Positions 45,915 to 58,661 of a stretch of DNA of 64,000 bases are shown in pieces. The stretch is from Tubulanus polymorphus. Lineage: Eukaryota; Animalia; Nemertea. The notes beneath the pieces are model-generated. The model saw nothing but the letters and a program-made list of their open reading frames with translations, had not been told where the DNA came from and made no database searches. The stretch is taken from the NCBI RefSeq assembly GCF_964204645.1, contig NC_134032.1, forward strand, positions 8,792,275 through 8,856,274. Reading direction: 5' to 3'. A program made the translations under genes and the position numbers. Position 1 is the first letter of the stretch. Each line of letters starts with the position of its first letter.

Positions 45915-48900
45915 ATGTCGACTGAATCGACGCGACTGTCGCCCGGTGAAGAATACGTCGGATTTGCGAAAAAGAAAAAAGTAAAAGTTCTCTTTCATAA
46001 AGAAAAAAGCGGCGACGATTCGATAAAAGGTACGTGCGATTTTGATTAGCGATTTACTACTCTGGATCTTCGAGATCTTCGTTTTGAATTCCATTTATAT
46101 CACAAGATCCGCAGGGAATAGATAAAGATATAAAATCCCAAACTTGCAGATAGAAAAATATTTCTTTTTATTCGAAAAATCGTTAGGAACCACCCGAAAT
46201 ATTATTTCAAACAATTTAAGAAAAAACAGTCTTTATCTTTCTAATCAGTGGGATATTACATCGTTCTCGTGTAGAGCGTGCCGACCCTATTGGTTCTGGA
46301 ATAAGGCACCTTCGCGATAATAGAATTTCGAAAACGTATCCTTAAAGTCGTTTTATTTTAGAAATGCATTCGGTTATTATTCCTTTACGAAGTTTTAGGG
46401 CTGAACGGCATTTAAAGTTGACCTTATGTACTTTTTCGATTTTTAATTCAATCGATTTCTTTGTGGAAGTCATATAGCTGATTTGTGATGGTTGAAGTTC
46501 CTTGGAGCTATTTTCAAAAGTCGAACATAGCACTGAATACGGTAGATTTGATGATCAAATTGAGCTTGAATAGAAACGTTGATTTCATAGTGAATGAAAT
46601 TTATCTTATTTTACAAGTGAAACACTTTGTAAAGAAGGCTTTGATAAATTGATTCGAAGCCGTTGCGATTCGAAGCGATGAGTTGCGTATTAGATGACTA
46701 CAGAATTTCTTACTCTGCGAGAAGTTTCTTCGTAGAGTTTTATTTCATTCAATAATAGTTCAGTCAATGAAATTCATTTCTTTTAGGCAGAGCTATTCCG
46801 CATTCAAAACCGGTTTAGAAATACAAACTTGTTAAACAAATTCGAAATTCCATATGCATCAATTTCTTTTTGAAACAAGACTGCGGATACTTAATTTTTT
46901 CAATAATTTCTTTCTTTCTTTCTTAGTAAAACTGATAATAAAGTGATATTAATTGCTTTCTCTAAGTTTTTTTAAATCAGTAACATTTTGCTCCCTACAG
47001 TTTTGCTGCGGCTTTCGTTTGAACACAGTGTATAAGGCCTTATTTTCGTAACTTTCTTTGCAATTTTTCACCCAAACGTACCGGAGGCTTTCGCTTTATT
47101 AAACTGTAATAATTTCTCCCCAAAAAAATCGAAAATCAGATCGAAATTCAAAATCTTTAAAATCTAATTACAAGTGAATTCGTGAAACTCCCACCGAATT
47201 TCGCCGTAAATTAAGTACAAGTTGACACCTGGTGACGTTGATTGAACTGTTTATATTACGATTCGTCCGAATTTGTTCTTCTTTCAAATGCTGAACATCG
47301 AACGAAAATCGAAATCCAAACGCGACTCGTCACCGACCGTTGTGTGGACGTATCCTGAATTTGCCTAGGGGTATTAGTTTTGAAATTACCCCAAAGTCTA
47401 ACATACATATGTCATCTTTCCCCTCTTAGATAGAAATAGATATGTGCGCATTTCCTTATTTTTGACGTACAAAACACGACTGTTTTTCTTTTCTTTCTAC
47501 GTCGCAGGTGACAAGTCAAAGAGGGTAAACTATACTATGTATTGCATGAAATGTGTTTTTTAATGTTTAAGACATCTACTCCACGAATGCCCCGATCTTT
47601 TTGATTGAAGAACTTTTAACGAGGTTCAATAGAATTTGTCCAATCTCCTAGGGCAGGACTTTTTAGTCCACCAACCCTATACTCAGACCGGGTAATTTCG
47701 ACAGCCGATTTTACGGACCACGTTAAAACTGCAAGCCTGCTGGGGCTGGTTTTATGGATCATTTGGTCGGAGAGAAACTGCGTAAATTGCAGGGAAAGAT
47801 GGAAACAAGAGACGGCAACATGTTTCCGAGCGTTTCACAGTGGCGATTATGAGAAACGATAAACATGATTTCCGGAACGAATTTTCTGAGATTAAACATT
47901 TTTTTACGTGTTTCTGCGCATAGTTAAAGCTGTCCTATAAAACCGGGTCTAAGTCGGAACTAGTTGATAAACCCACTCAGAGGTTTGTTTCCTAATTCTC
48001 GACCTGCCCCATGATTAATTCATCTGCCTATCAACCTTGCTAATTAGCTGAAATTATTCATTAGGCGATGGCAGTAATTAATAAGTTCAGTAATTGACAG
48101 TAAGGTCCCTGTGAGCGATCGGTGACCAGCAGTCTGTGCGCGCCGTCGCAGGAAATATCGCTAAAAACACAGATCAATTTGAAATTCATGGAGGACATTT
48201 CAACACTTAATGAACTCTAGCAGAGATCGCTGTGAAACGATACCACAATAGTAGTATACTTGTATATGAAACAACAAACAAGTTTTGTTCTGCGTTATTA
48301 TCGTTTTCAAAACTCCCTAATCATCCCTCATAATGCCAACTAAAACTCCCCGACTCTCCGCTCACCTTGCCAAACTCGATTAATCGATTTATCGATATCC
48401 GTGATACTGGAAGATGACTTAATTTCAAAATAACTGATTAGATATCTTAATGAGAAAAATTTCAAAAACTTCAATGCAAATCTGATAATCTGAAATCAGA
48501 AAACTCCTTGTATTTCCAAGTCAAACTATTCAGGCCCGTGGGGGGGGGGGGGCAGGGGAGTGAACGCGTGATCAGAATACCAGATATATCGAAACCAAAA
48601 AGTAGAGCTGACCTCGCATCAAACTTCGAGCCCTCACCGCTATATACAAGTCGATTTTGAATTCAATGTACTTTCTTCATACAATTTGGTACAATACAAT
48701 TTTATATATACAATTCATTTCTTGAATTATCTTTTGTTACAATTGCGTACGAATCGGAAATGTAATTCGGATTTTATTTCGTTTTTGTTACGCAAAGTAA
48801 AAAAAAAAAGCAGGGCTAGGGGTTAATTTGTATCTCTACATTCTACGGAAAAGTGCCATTTTACATTTTTCAACTGAAGTCAATTCGATGAAGTCACCCG

Positions 48901-51900
48901 AGTCCGAACAATGGCGCGGCACGTGGGGCGATTTGTTCAAGCACGGTTTAACTAAGCGGTTTGCATCATACGTCCCGTTGAAATGAAACCTTCCGGGCAA
49001 ATACGGTCGTTGCGTAATTACACCGATAGAGTCAACTGGGATTACTAGCCGAGAGAGGTGTCAGGCTTACTCTTGACAATTCAATACCGGCCGCCGTTGT
49101 GTTGATGAAATAGCGGTGGTTTATAGGCGTGCGCTCTGTGAACGCTCTCATGCTCTCCCGATCGAGAGAGGCGGTTAATGAATTATAGAAACACCGAGTA
49201 GGTAAACACGCCGTAAGATCGGCATCCTTCGGGAATTGTAGTTGTTACAAGTGCGCGGCGGACCACCTGTCCACTTTCAACACGTAACACCTCGACGCTA
49301 AGTGTTAGAGTTAATATTTTCTTCCGGGTTATTGAAAGTTGTTTGGTAATATTTTGAAAGGTGTTTTCGAGTGGCGACTCCCCTCCCCCCTTATGTATCT
49401 CAATTTAGAGTAATTTGGTGGCAAAACATAAGCGACAATACGTTTGGTAAAAAGGCAGCTGCTCGAGTGGTTTGAATTAAGGAAGCTTTCGCTACGTTTA
49501 TGCGGCTTTTCGAAATCTGAATCTGGGAGTGGCTAGATCCCGGAAATCCCATTGTAGACCCAGTTTTACAGTTGCGAGTTAGAGTTAACTCTGAGTTAAA
49601 ATTAGTTCATTTTCATTTAGTCAACCCCGAATCAAATCTTAACACAGTGTTAAATCTTAACTGTGGAACTGGGTCCGTTAGAATGAATTCAATAACAACT
49701 AAAAGCAGAAAATTGCTTTGAATTAAATCCTTTAATAACTTTGAATGTTCCTACCATTGGAAGTGGATGTACGTTTATCTTATAAAAACCGGATTTTGGC
49801 AGCTGGCAGGACACGGACCCGCTTGTTACTCGGTACTATCGATAGTAAATGCAACTGCATTCTGCCTTATCCCTGCTAAACTACCGGACCCAGTTCCACA
49901 GTCGTGAGTGGCTGAGTTAAAACATTAAAAATGAACTAATTTTAACCCAGAGTTAACTCTAATTCACAACTGTGGAACTGGGTCCAGATGCCGTTATTCG
50001 ATGTCTTAACATCGATTTTCTTTAACCAGTTGACTAACGATTTAGCATGCACGTCCGGCATTTGGCAATCGCAAAATATTGAATGTTGAAACATATTTCT
50101 AATTCGATCTTTCGGTTTTCGTCTAAAAAATCATTTCTTGACAATGGTTTTTTAAGATGAAAATAAAAAAATTCGGATTCTCATAAATATATTTTAACCT
50201 TTCAATATTCTAACTTTTCGCGACTCATTGCGAATTGTTTTACCTCGACAAGGATTTAGCATTTTTTAAACGGATAATTTTTACAAAACTATGCAATCTT
50301 TCTTTCCTTCGCTGTTCCCCGTTTCTTAAAAGAACATCGAATTTAGTAGAACGACAAAAATATACGGGTCTAAACAAATAACGTTCGTTTTGGATTATTC
50401 GAACATAACGGTTCACGCGATACGTGACCGCCGGTCGTAATAGCGTACGGTTCTCCTTAGAAATTCAGTCGAGGTCGATGAATCATTAACGCGAGGCCGG
50501 CGCGTTTTGAAAAGCGCGAAGAAACGTTTATCTATAATCCCGGCCGAATTTCTAATGCGGGATGCGGATTAAATCTTCGCGAAGAGAAAAGAGAAAGTCG
50601 TCGGAACATCTGTCCAGGATTCGGGACTATATAGTTAATTGTCGTTCCCGTCAAAAGTAACGCTATTCGAACTCGGCGCTCGATTCGGCGTATGGCAATA
50701 AATGAAAACATTATCAACGTCACGCGACTTGCCGTTAACGTCTAATTGTTACGACGTGACGTGCGACAATGCGTCGGGTGGTTGTTTACGTTAGGTATTG
50801 TAGTGGCTTTTTAAAGAAGCCGCCCGCGCAACCACCTGTTTGATAGATGAATCTTGTTTGTGGCATTCCGCGCAGCGTCACAAAAACGTGGTTTGAAATG
50901 TGATGTTACAAAATTTTCTTCTTTTTTTTCAAACGATCAATATTTATTTCACTTTTCTTCATTTGATATTATCACATTTTTAATGTATTTTCTTATTGAT
51001 TTATTTTGTAAATATTTAACCTGAAAATGAATCATATCATATCAAGAAAAACGTTTAGTGAAAACAATTACGCGCGTCCTTAATTCGTCATGCATACGGT
51101 TTAGCTACGAGCAATTATCTAAAGATAGATAATTGCTCGTAGGTTCTAGCAAGACGTAAAAACGTATGATTAAATCAATAAAAACACAGATAGTTCATTG
51201 GACACGGAATAGATGTAATATGAATAAATAGATAGATGGATTATAGTGATTATATTGGTCTTTTATGTGAATTTGTAGTAAATGACGAAACGAGTAGTAA
51301 CACACGCGGCGCCCAATTTAGCGATAATATATTGTTTAGTTTCTCTGTAAATAGCAACCAGTCCTCTTTAAAAAAAGGATCTGCTTTCGTTCCTGTCAGT
51401 TAACGCAGGTAACGGACAACTGACAAGGCACATTAAAAACGTCGATTCCGTAACAAGGTCTGCAGAACCTTCGAGCTGAGATTTATTTTACAACGGACCA
51501 AGAATTAATTCCCTTTGATTTCAAAATTCTGGTTTTCTGATTTCAGGAGAGGGTAATGCCATTTCCGGTTATGGCGGAAGTTATAAATCGTCTTCGTCCG
51601 CGGCGATATTTGAAACGTCACGCGACTCCGTGATAAGTGAAGTACATGGCACACCGCAAGGCGGCGACACAGTATGCGACCGTACGGTCTTCACATCACC
51701 TGATTCGGGTGTGTCATCGGCGGACGGACTCACTCCGATTAAAACGACGGATCATTCCGCATTTTCTCACGTGAAACATAACCGCCAGTCTTCATCTCAG
51801 GAATCGATTCCCGCGGGGTCTTTTCAACACGGTCCATCGTTTCCGCGGCCTCCTAGCAGCGCTAGTTACTGCCATGTGCAGCCCCATATAGCCTATTCAC

Positions 51901-54328
51901 TACCACCCCCTATGGGTATCATACCAAACTACTTCCTGGCGCATCAAATATCACCATTTCAGTATACCTCGTTCATAAACTACGGGTATTCGATGTACCA
52001 TCGCTGTCTACAAGACGGCATCCGTACACGACCGCCAGGTGGGGCGATTGCTAACGAAACCACTGCGCCACCACACTGGAAATATTCGCACCATGATTCA
52101 ACGCTAGAGGGCGACGATAGCGTCGACGGTCCGATAAGCTCGGGATCGTCTCCGGAAACAGCCGACGACGACGACCGAGACTCGCCGATCATTGTAGATG
52201 ACGATTACTCGCCGTTGATTTACGCCAAAAACAAACAATCGACGCCAGACGATATCAGTTCTTCTAGTGACTCGCAGAGGGCGCTCGCATTCGAATCCCG
52301 ACTTACCTCGACCCCGATGCGCGAAACACCGGAGCGCCTGGCTACGAAACCGAAACAATTAGAACTAACAGTGGCGACGTCTATGAACGAAACCTCGAAA
52401 ACCAGCGACAGTTCCGAAAACTCTGAATCGAGCGCCAGTAATAGCGAGTTACAACACGCAATTAACTTATGGCAGCCGTTGAGTGACAATGAACGAGGCG
52501 TCCGGCAAATTAGCGCAATGCCTGTCGGGATGTTCTTGCCACTCGTTTCGAACCATCACCAGACGGCACCACTGACCGGAAGCAGTGCGATTTCACAGAA
52601 GCCGCCGCAGCCGAAGAAATACAAATGCGACGTGTGCGACAAAGCATTTTCCAGAAGCAATACTTTGGTCACTCATAAAGTAAGTGTCTACGATCACTCA
52701 AGATTGGAGAGTAAATCATAAGGGTGATTTGAGGATTTCATTGGGGAGGGTATATGGAGGAAGCCATCTTTTATGAATGGGTCTATAGGGGTAATTCGAT
52801 GATATCATCGGGGGATTATATATGGAGGCTGCATCATTTCTCACAATTCCCTTAGAAATGTTGCGTGTTTTCAGAAGTTGTGTTTCTATTTTCAGCGCAT
52901 ACACACCGGCGCCAAGCCGTTCTCCTGCGACCAGTGCGGCCGCGCGTTCCGACAACCGGGCAACCTGACCAGACACAAAATGACGCACACTTCTCACAAA
53001 CCGTACGTGTGCACCGTGTGCGCTAAAGCGTTCAACCGCGCGTCGAACTTACAGACTCACATGCGAACGCACACCAACTACAGGCCGTTCGTCTGCCCGT
53101 ACTGCGGTAAAGGATTCCACCAGAAAATCGATATGAAAATACACTGTTACACGCATACAGGTATTAACCCCTCTCCTACCTGACTCAACAACGCGATCAG
53201 TTCTTCTCAAATTAACCAAAATTTGATTCTTTAACCGAAGAAAATAAACCCCTTTGACGAGACGAGTTCATTCAGCTTATCCAGCTCAATTATTTCACTC
53301 AGCTTTAATAGATGCTTTAATTCCTACGTTTAAGTAACGTGATATCATTTTCATTTGAATATCACTTTTTGCAATCAAATTTTTATTCGAATTGGAAGCT
53401 GTTCTCGAAAAGGAAACTTTGTGGTGAAACGACCTATTTCTCAACGTCAATAGCGAAAGCAGACTTAGATACTGTTCTAAATCTAATTCCAGGGGTTTTA
53501 TATTACAATATGAACTTATTTAACTCCCGAGCCAGTTTCAAAGCGCTGATTTGAGATTTAACTTTGAGGTTTTTAAGCAGTTGAAATGAAAACTACGTCG
53601 TTCACTACAGTTTCTAGATATCTGAAAACGAATTCAACCAACTCATTCAAACATTTCTTTAGCTATATTTCGTGTAATACGAATGTATATATTTCTTAAT
53701 TTGTTTCAGGCGAAAAGCCTCACAAATGTGGCGTTTGCGGAAAAGGTTTTAAACAGTTGACGCATCTGACCTACCACATGCGAACTCATTCCGATAAAAA
53801 GCCGTTCCATTGCCCGATCTGTGACCGAGGATTCAACCAGAAGGGGAACCTACAAACTCACATGGCCACTCATAATGACTCAGGTATATAAAAGATAACG
53901 ATTAAATTCATTTTTAAGTCCACGGGTCCGTATCAGCAAACGACTTCCCGTTCCAATGGGATTTGTTCCGTGTTAATTCGTTAAAACAACTAAAAAGGGC
54001 ATGCCGTGAAACGCTCCCCCCTTGCGCACCTCTAGAGCCGTGTCAGATGATATTGAGCTTGTAATGTCGTTAGGGATCAAGGAAAAATAGAGTATTCTTA
54101 GAAAATAAGTAGAAGCGAATAGCCACGCAAAAATGCCGCCCATTGCGTCCTGGCGTTTTCGCTCGATTTTGAATTTGAAAATAAAAAAAGACTTGAACCG
54201 GAACGGCCACACGAAAAAAATATCGATTCTTTGTAAGTCAATAAATAATCAATCGGTTCTATCTCTTCTTCCCTGTAGATGGCGCAATGGTGAACATTCC
54301 GGCGGTGACAGCGAGCACGCGGACCTAA
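45915..54328 (+). CDS. Six-finger C2H2 zinc-finger transcription factor, Fez/Gfi-related, ~578 aa
   Basis: Exons 45915-46029, 51547-52679, 52896-53160, 53710-53883, 54279-54328 (TAA), phases consistent (1737 nt). Fingers [102 protein letters not shown] with TGEKP-type linkers. Confidence 0.9.
49556..49985. mobile_element. Two short MITEs (49556-49676, 49886-49985) with ggacccagttccacag...ctgtggaactgggtcc termini in opposite orientation
   Basis: Each has TIRs; interiors (gagttaactct, aattagttcattt) are reverse complements of one another. Confidence 0.75.
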
Positions 54329-55239
54329 TATAGCCGACCTTTTTAACGAATGCACTGCCTTTAAATGGCACGATTGTGGCAACATTGTCTCGTCATTGAA
54401 GTTCAATACGAAAAACCGTTGGAATCGAATAGGAAAACCGGTGTTACGTCATATAGAATACATTTGCATGTATTTGCATATATAATGAGGCGCAGATTTT
54501 GCTTGGTTGGTTCTTCGAATCCCGATTAAAGGATAACTCGAAATGTTAGTTTTTTTCTTTAAATTATAAGTGATGATGTAAATATTTTGAATATTGTAAA
54601 CATTGTGAAAAAACACATATCTTCTAACTTCACACGATTGAATATAGATATTCTTGATTCTTTTTATCCCGCAATTTATCATGTTATTAAATAACTTGGA
54701 AAACAAATATCGATAGTTGCTTTCATTTTATTTGATATTCAATTTTTGATATTTTGATCTTAAAATAGGGATTGTCCCTGTTATTTATTTGGTTGATAAA
54801 TATCGTTTGATATTTTGATTGAGTGTCCCTTACAGACCCACCACACCTGACGGGAGCGAAACAGGAGGTTTGATTTTGAAATCGGAAATCGACGTACAGA
54901 TATAGTTGTGTGATTGGCGGTCGTGTTCACAGAATTTTTTAACATTACCTGTACCTCAGATTGTCCCGCCAGATGGCACCACTTGAACCTTACACGAATC
55001 AGCATTTTCGATTGACTTTCACCTAAATTCTAGCCCCATACAACTGAGGTTGGACAAACCACGCCTATGGCAAATTGGGACAAAATCTAACTTTTTTCTA
55101 TAATTTGGCCTCAAATCTAGTTAATTTGGAAGCATGTAAATTTTTGAGCGAAAACGAATGAAGAAGTGTTACCAATGTCCAGTTTAGGCTGGCCTTTGGG
55201 TGGAACTTCGTCAGTGGGGGTTCCTTCGTCCCCTGAATA

Positions 55240-55430
55240 ACATAGTGCCATTTAAAACGATTAAACCAAATAGGCCACTTAATGTGCGCACCACGCCTTG
55301 TAATGTATGGCCAATGGGCCGGGCAATTCAGGAATACAATATGACTGGGGCCTAGAAAGTGAACGAAATGGCTGCAAAAACCAAGTAGCGCAATGGACAC
55401 CATCAACCATATTGATAGTAACTTTTTGGG
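55240..55430 (-). pseudogene. Isolated GPCR fragment (TM4-ECL2), near-identical to 59056-59246
   Basis: About four differences in 191 nt by eye; flanks unrelated to the receptor. Confidence 0.85.
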
Positions 55431-55719
55431 CCGGGTGTAGCTGGTTCCAATTTGCATAAGTCATGAATGTGTTTGAATCTCAAGATATAAGACCAGTCTT
55501 ATAGCAAGACAGTTTTTGTCAATTGGTATCAGCAAGAAATTGCTTATACCCGTGCTTGTGTGTATTCAAATGACCCATATCTATAGACCTGGGGTTTAAC
55601 TGAGTTGACAAATAGAATGTTCGCAGCAATTGAATCAGACATTTTACACATACTTTAGCAATGAGCTTCTAAATTACTTAATGTAACGTTTGACTCAACT
55701 GATATCTTTATTGTTTATT

Positions 55720-56037
55720 TTGACTATTTCAAAAGCTACTTTTCTAAATTCTAAATTCGTCACGAAATAGACCATAAAGTTTACTGATGAGTTTACTTAC
55801 GATAGAAAATCCCAACGCTATTTGTCTCATTGTGTCAATTCTAGGGATATGTTTGTAACCCATTAAACGGTCGATAAAACCAAAACCTTCACAAACAATA
55901 ACGAACGCCAAAACTACTGATACAACCATCCTCAAAACCCTCATTTCCCTTTGCGAAGATTAATCAGTTACACCGAGCTGTGAACGTCGAATAACCCGAC
56001 GGTAAAATGTCACCGAAATTAGAATAGAATTAAAGAC
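55720..56037 (-). pseudogene. GPCR pseudogene remnant (end of TM5 to TM7)
   Basis: VTFYRRVIRRSQLGVTD*SSQREMRVLRMVVSVV...RQIALGFSIV; in-frame TAA plus a frameshift in TM7. Confidence 0.85.
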
Positions 56038-56221
56038 ACGGTGATTAAAATAAGAATAATAAAGAGGTCTATGATTTTCTCTCCGTTTCGCGTTGGCCAT
56101 TCAAATAACTAATGACTTTACCTATAGATATTTCATTTGCTATACGCCGCTGATGATTAGAACACTGCAATAATTTGAAATGGTCACTCATTTTAAGCAA
56201 TGCAGTTGATTTGGACTAATT

Positions 56222-57268
56222 CTATATTTTAGTGTTCCTAACTATTTCAAAAGCCACTTTCCTAAATTCGGCATTCGTCAAGCAATACACGATAAAGTTT
56301 GCTGACGAATCGACGATAGAAAATGCCAACGCTATTAGTCTCATATCCACAAATCGTTTTGTACTGCTCACAAAAAAGGGTATACGATCGACAAAACCAA
56401 AAATTTCACAAATAATAAATAATAAAACTACCGATAACACCATCTTTAGAACCCTCGTTTCTCTTCTAGACGATTCGTCGGTTACGCCGAGCTTCGAAAG
56501 TCGAATAACCCGACGGTAAAATGTCACCAACATCAAAATAACATTGATGACTACTAAAATGCAGATTGGAATCAAGACAGTAAGATACATGAATAGAAAA
56601 CGCACGGAAATTACATGTTGCCATTTAGAACGATTAAACCAAATACGCCACTTTATGCCCGCACCACGCCTTGTAATATATGGCCAATGGGTGGGGCAAT
56701 TTAAGAATACAATATTATGGGGAGGTAGAAAGTGAACAAAATGGCTGCAAAAACCTAGTAGCGCAATGAACACCATCAACCATATTGACAGTAACTTTTT
56801 AGGAAGTCCTCGAGATTTCATTGGAAACAATACGACGATCAACCGCTCTAGACTGAGCAGTACAGTGCACCAGTTACGCGTCATCTGGAATATGTAGAAA
56901 AATGGCAAAGCAGCCGAGATGAAAATTACACCAAAATTCCAGTTTTCCGATCGAAACAAAATATCTCCCAAGACGGCGTAAATGTACACAGTTCGTAGCG
57001 GATAAAGAATGAACGTAGCGATCATGAACAAAAGGTCGTTTAAAGCGAGGAGTTTGATGAGAAAATAATTATCAGATTTGAATCGCTTGAGAACAAACAA
57101 CGTGAATACGTTGAATATGATACCCAGCACGGACGCCGGTAGATAACAGCCCAAATATGTAAGAACACTTAATTTGTATTTCCACTTTACTGGTCGAAAT
57201 CCATACCTCTGACACAGGCTGTGCGTTGTCAATGCGACGCTTGTACTCGTAATGTTGTTATCGAACAT
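56222..57268 (-). CDS. Intronless class A GPCR, FMRFamide-receptor-like / putative chemoreceptor, 348 aa
   Basis: Seven hydrophobic segments; TM1 GIIFN, TM2 LALNDLL, TM3 SLERLIVVLFP, TM5 IPICILVVIN, TM7 DSSANFIVYC; N-glycosylation site NIT. Start set at MFDNN (57268) by comparison with the paralog; ORF is open to 57475. Confidence 0.9.
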   Translation of the reverse strand: MFDNNITSTSVALTTHSLCQRYGFRPVKWKYKLSVLTYLGCYLPASVLGIIFNVFTLFVLKRFKSDNYFLIKLLALNDLLFMIATFILYPLRTVYIYAVLGDILFRSENWNFGVIFISAALPFFYIFQMTRNWCTVLLSLERLIVVLFPMKSRGLPKKLLSIWLMVFIALLGFCSHFVHFLPPHNIVFLNCPTHWPYITRRGAGIKWRIWFNRSKWQHVISVRFLFMYLTVLIPICILVVINVILMLVTFYRRVIRLSKLGVTDESSRRETRVLKMVLSVVLLFIICEIFGFVDRIPFFVSSTKRFVDMRLIALAFSIVDSSANFIVYCLTNAEFRKVAFEIVRNTKI

Positions 57269-58661
57269 CTCATAAACTGTAAGCCACGATCTCTGTAGAG
57301 ACAGTTTGATTAATCCATTGTTAACCTCCTTTTGGTCAAACTTGAAATGAAATTGAAACTGAATGAATGGATAAAGGATTTTCTCTTCGTTTCGCGTTTC
57401 CCATTCCAAAGCTAATGAACAAATGACATTATCTATGGAATCTGATATCCTTTGACGGATACATTCAAGAGCCATTGGATATGATTAACGCTTTAGGTAT
57501 TTTGTTATATGATTTATTTGTTAGATCTGTTCTTCTATGAGTTTGTCTCAACGAAGTTTCACTTCGGGAACTATTTATAAACTATATTCAATGAGCTTAG
57601 CTTGGTCTAATTGTAAATGAGGACATAGACCAGCTTAATATGGTTTTAGGGGGTCTCAGCTGATGATCTTGGTCCTAGGTTCTTTTCTGGAGCGTCTCCT
57701 CGTTTAAGTAACAAAGTGAAACTGGGCGTAGCAACTCACAACCGTAGAAGTGATCTAAAGCAAGCTAATATCGTAGAAGATGCTTAAGTTTATAATTCCA
57801 TCATTTCACTCTCATCCCATTTTTTCCCTTTAATAGTGCATTTCATTGCCGATCAGTGGCCGCTTTTCTTGGAATATGGACAACCACTGAGCTGTATAGT
57901 TTCTCACATTTATTGGCTTTGTTTAAGAGCCACACTCCTCTCTTCCCCCGCTCACTCTCACCGACCGTAGACTCGAATAAACTTGCGTCTACGGTGCGTT
58001 GACTCATCACTGAAAGGTTTTTGATTAGCTCACGGTTCCAGCAAGTTATCAGTAAACTGTAATTGACTAAATATCGTTCAAGTTAACACGGATTTATGGT
58101 CTCCCTCTATTGAGACACGATCGGCTCTGTGTTCTGTATCCAGTAAAGATTGAATTCCCCCCAATAGCGAATATCGGAGGTTCTTTGCCATAACCGTCTT
58201 TAATTTACTTATCATTAATTGACAAAATTCATCTCCGTAGGTTGCCAAAATTTCGACATTCGACTGGCTACATACGATTTGTTTGTATATTAAAGATTCG
58301 TTTTGCCTGATGAAGAGCTTCGGAAGAATAATCGATTCCGACAGGGTTTGAACTCATCGCGGTATCGATTGAAAATGGCTATCGTTTATAAAAAAGCAAG
58401 CTCTCGTGAAGAGAAATTTGTCTCTATCTTCCTTTTACATTGAAAAAGCAACAGCATTTTCACCACAACTGTCCGTAGATGTAAACGACGGGTAAACTCC
58501 TCTATGTCTAGCCGTAGCTTGAATCTATCGGTCATGGAGCCGGGTAAAAAGGCCTCGGCCAAGGAGGTGAAATCAGTGAAATCTCGTCGTCAGTGATGTT
58601 TCTTGACGATAGGTTTACAATCGAATTGTTTTACGTATTACGTAATGCACTAATATTTGAT

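Noticed and set aside
57269-57475. 69-aa N-terminal extension of the first GPCR
   Set aside because: The homologous upstream DNA of the paralog contains stops and indels; MFDNN is the shared start. The extension is not excluded but is unsupported.
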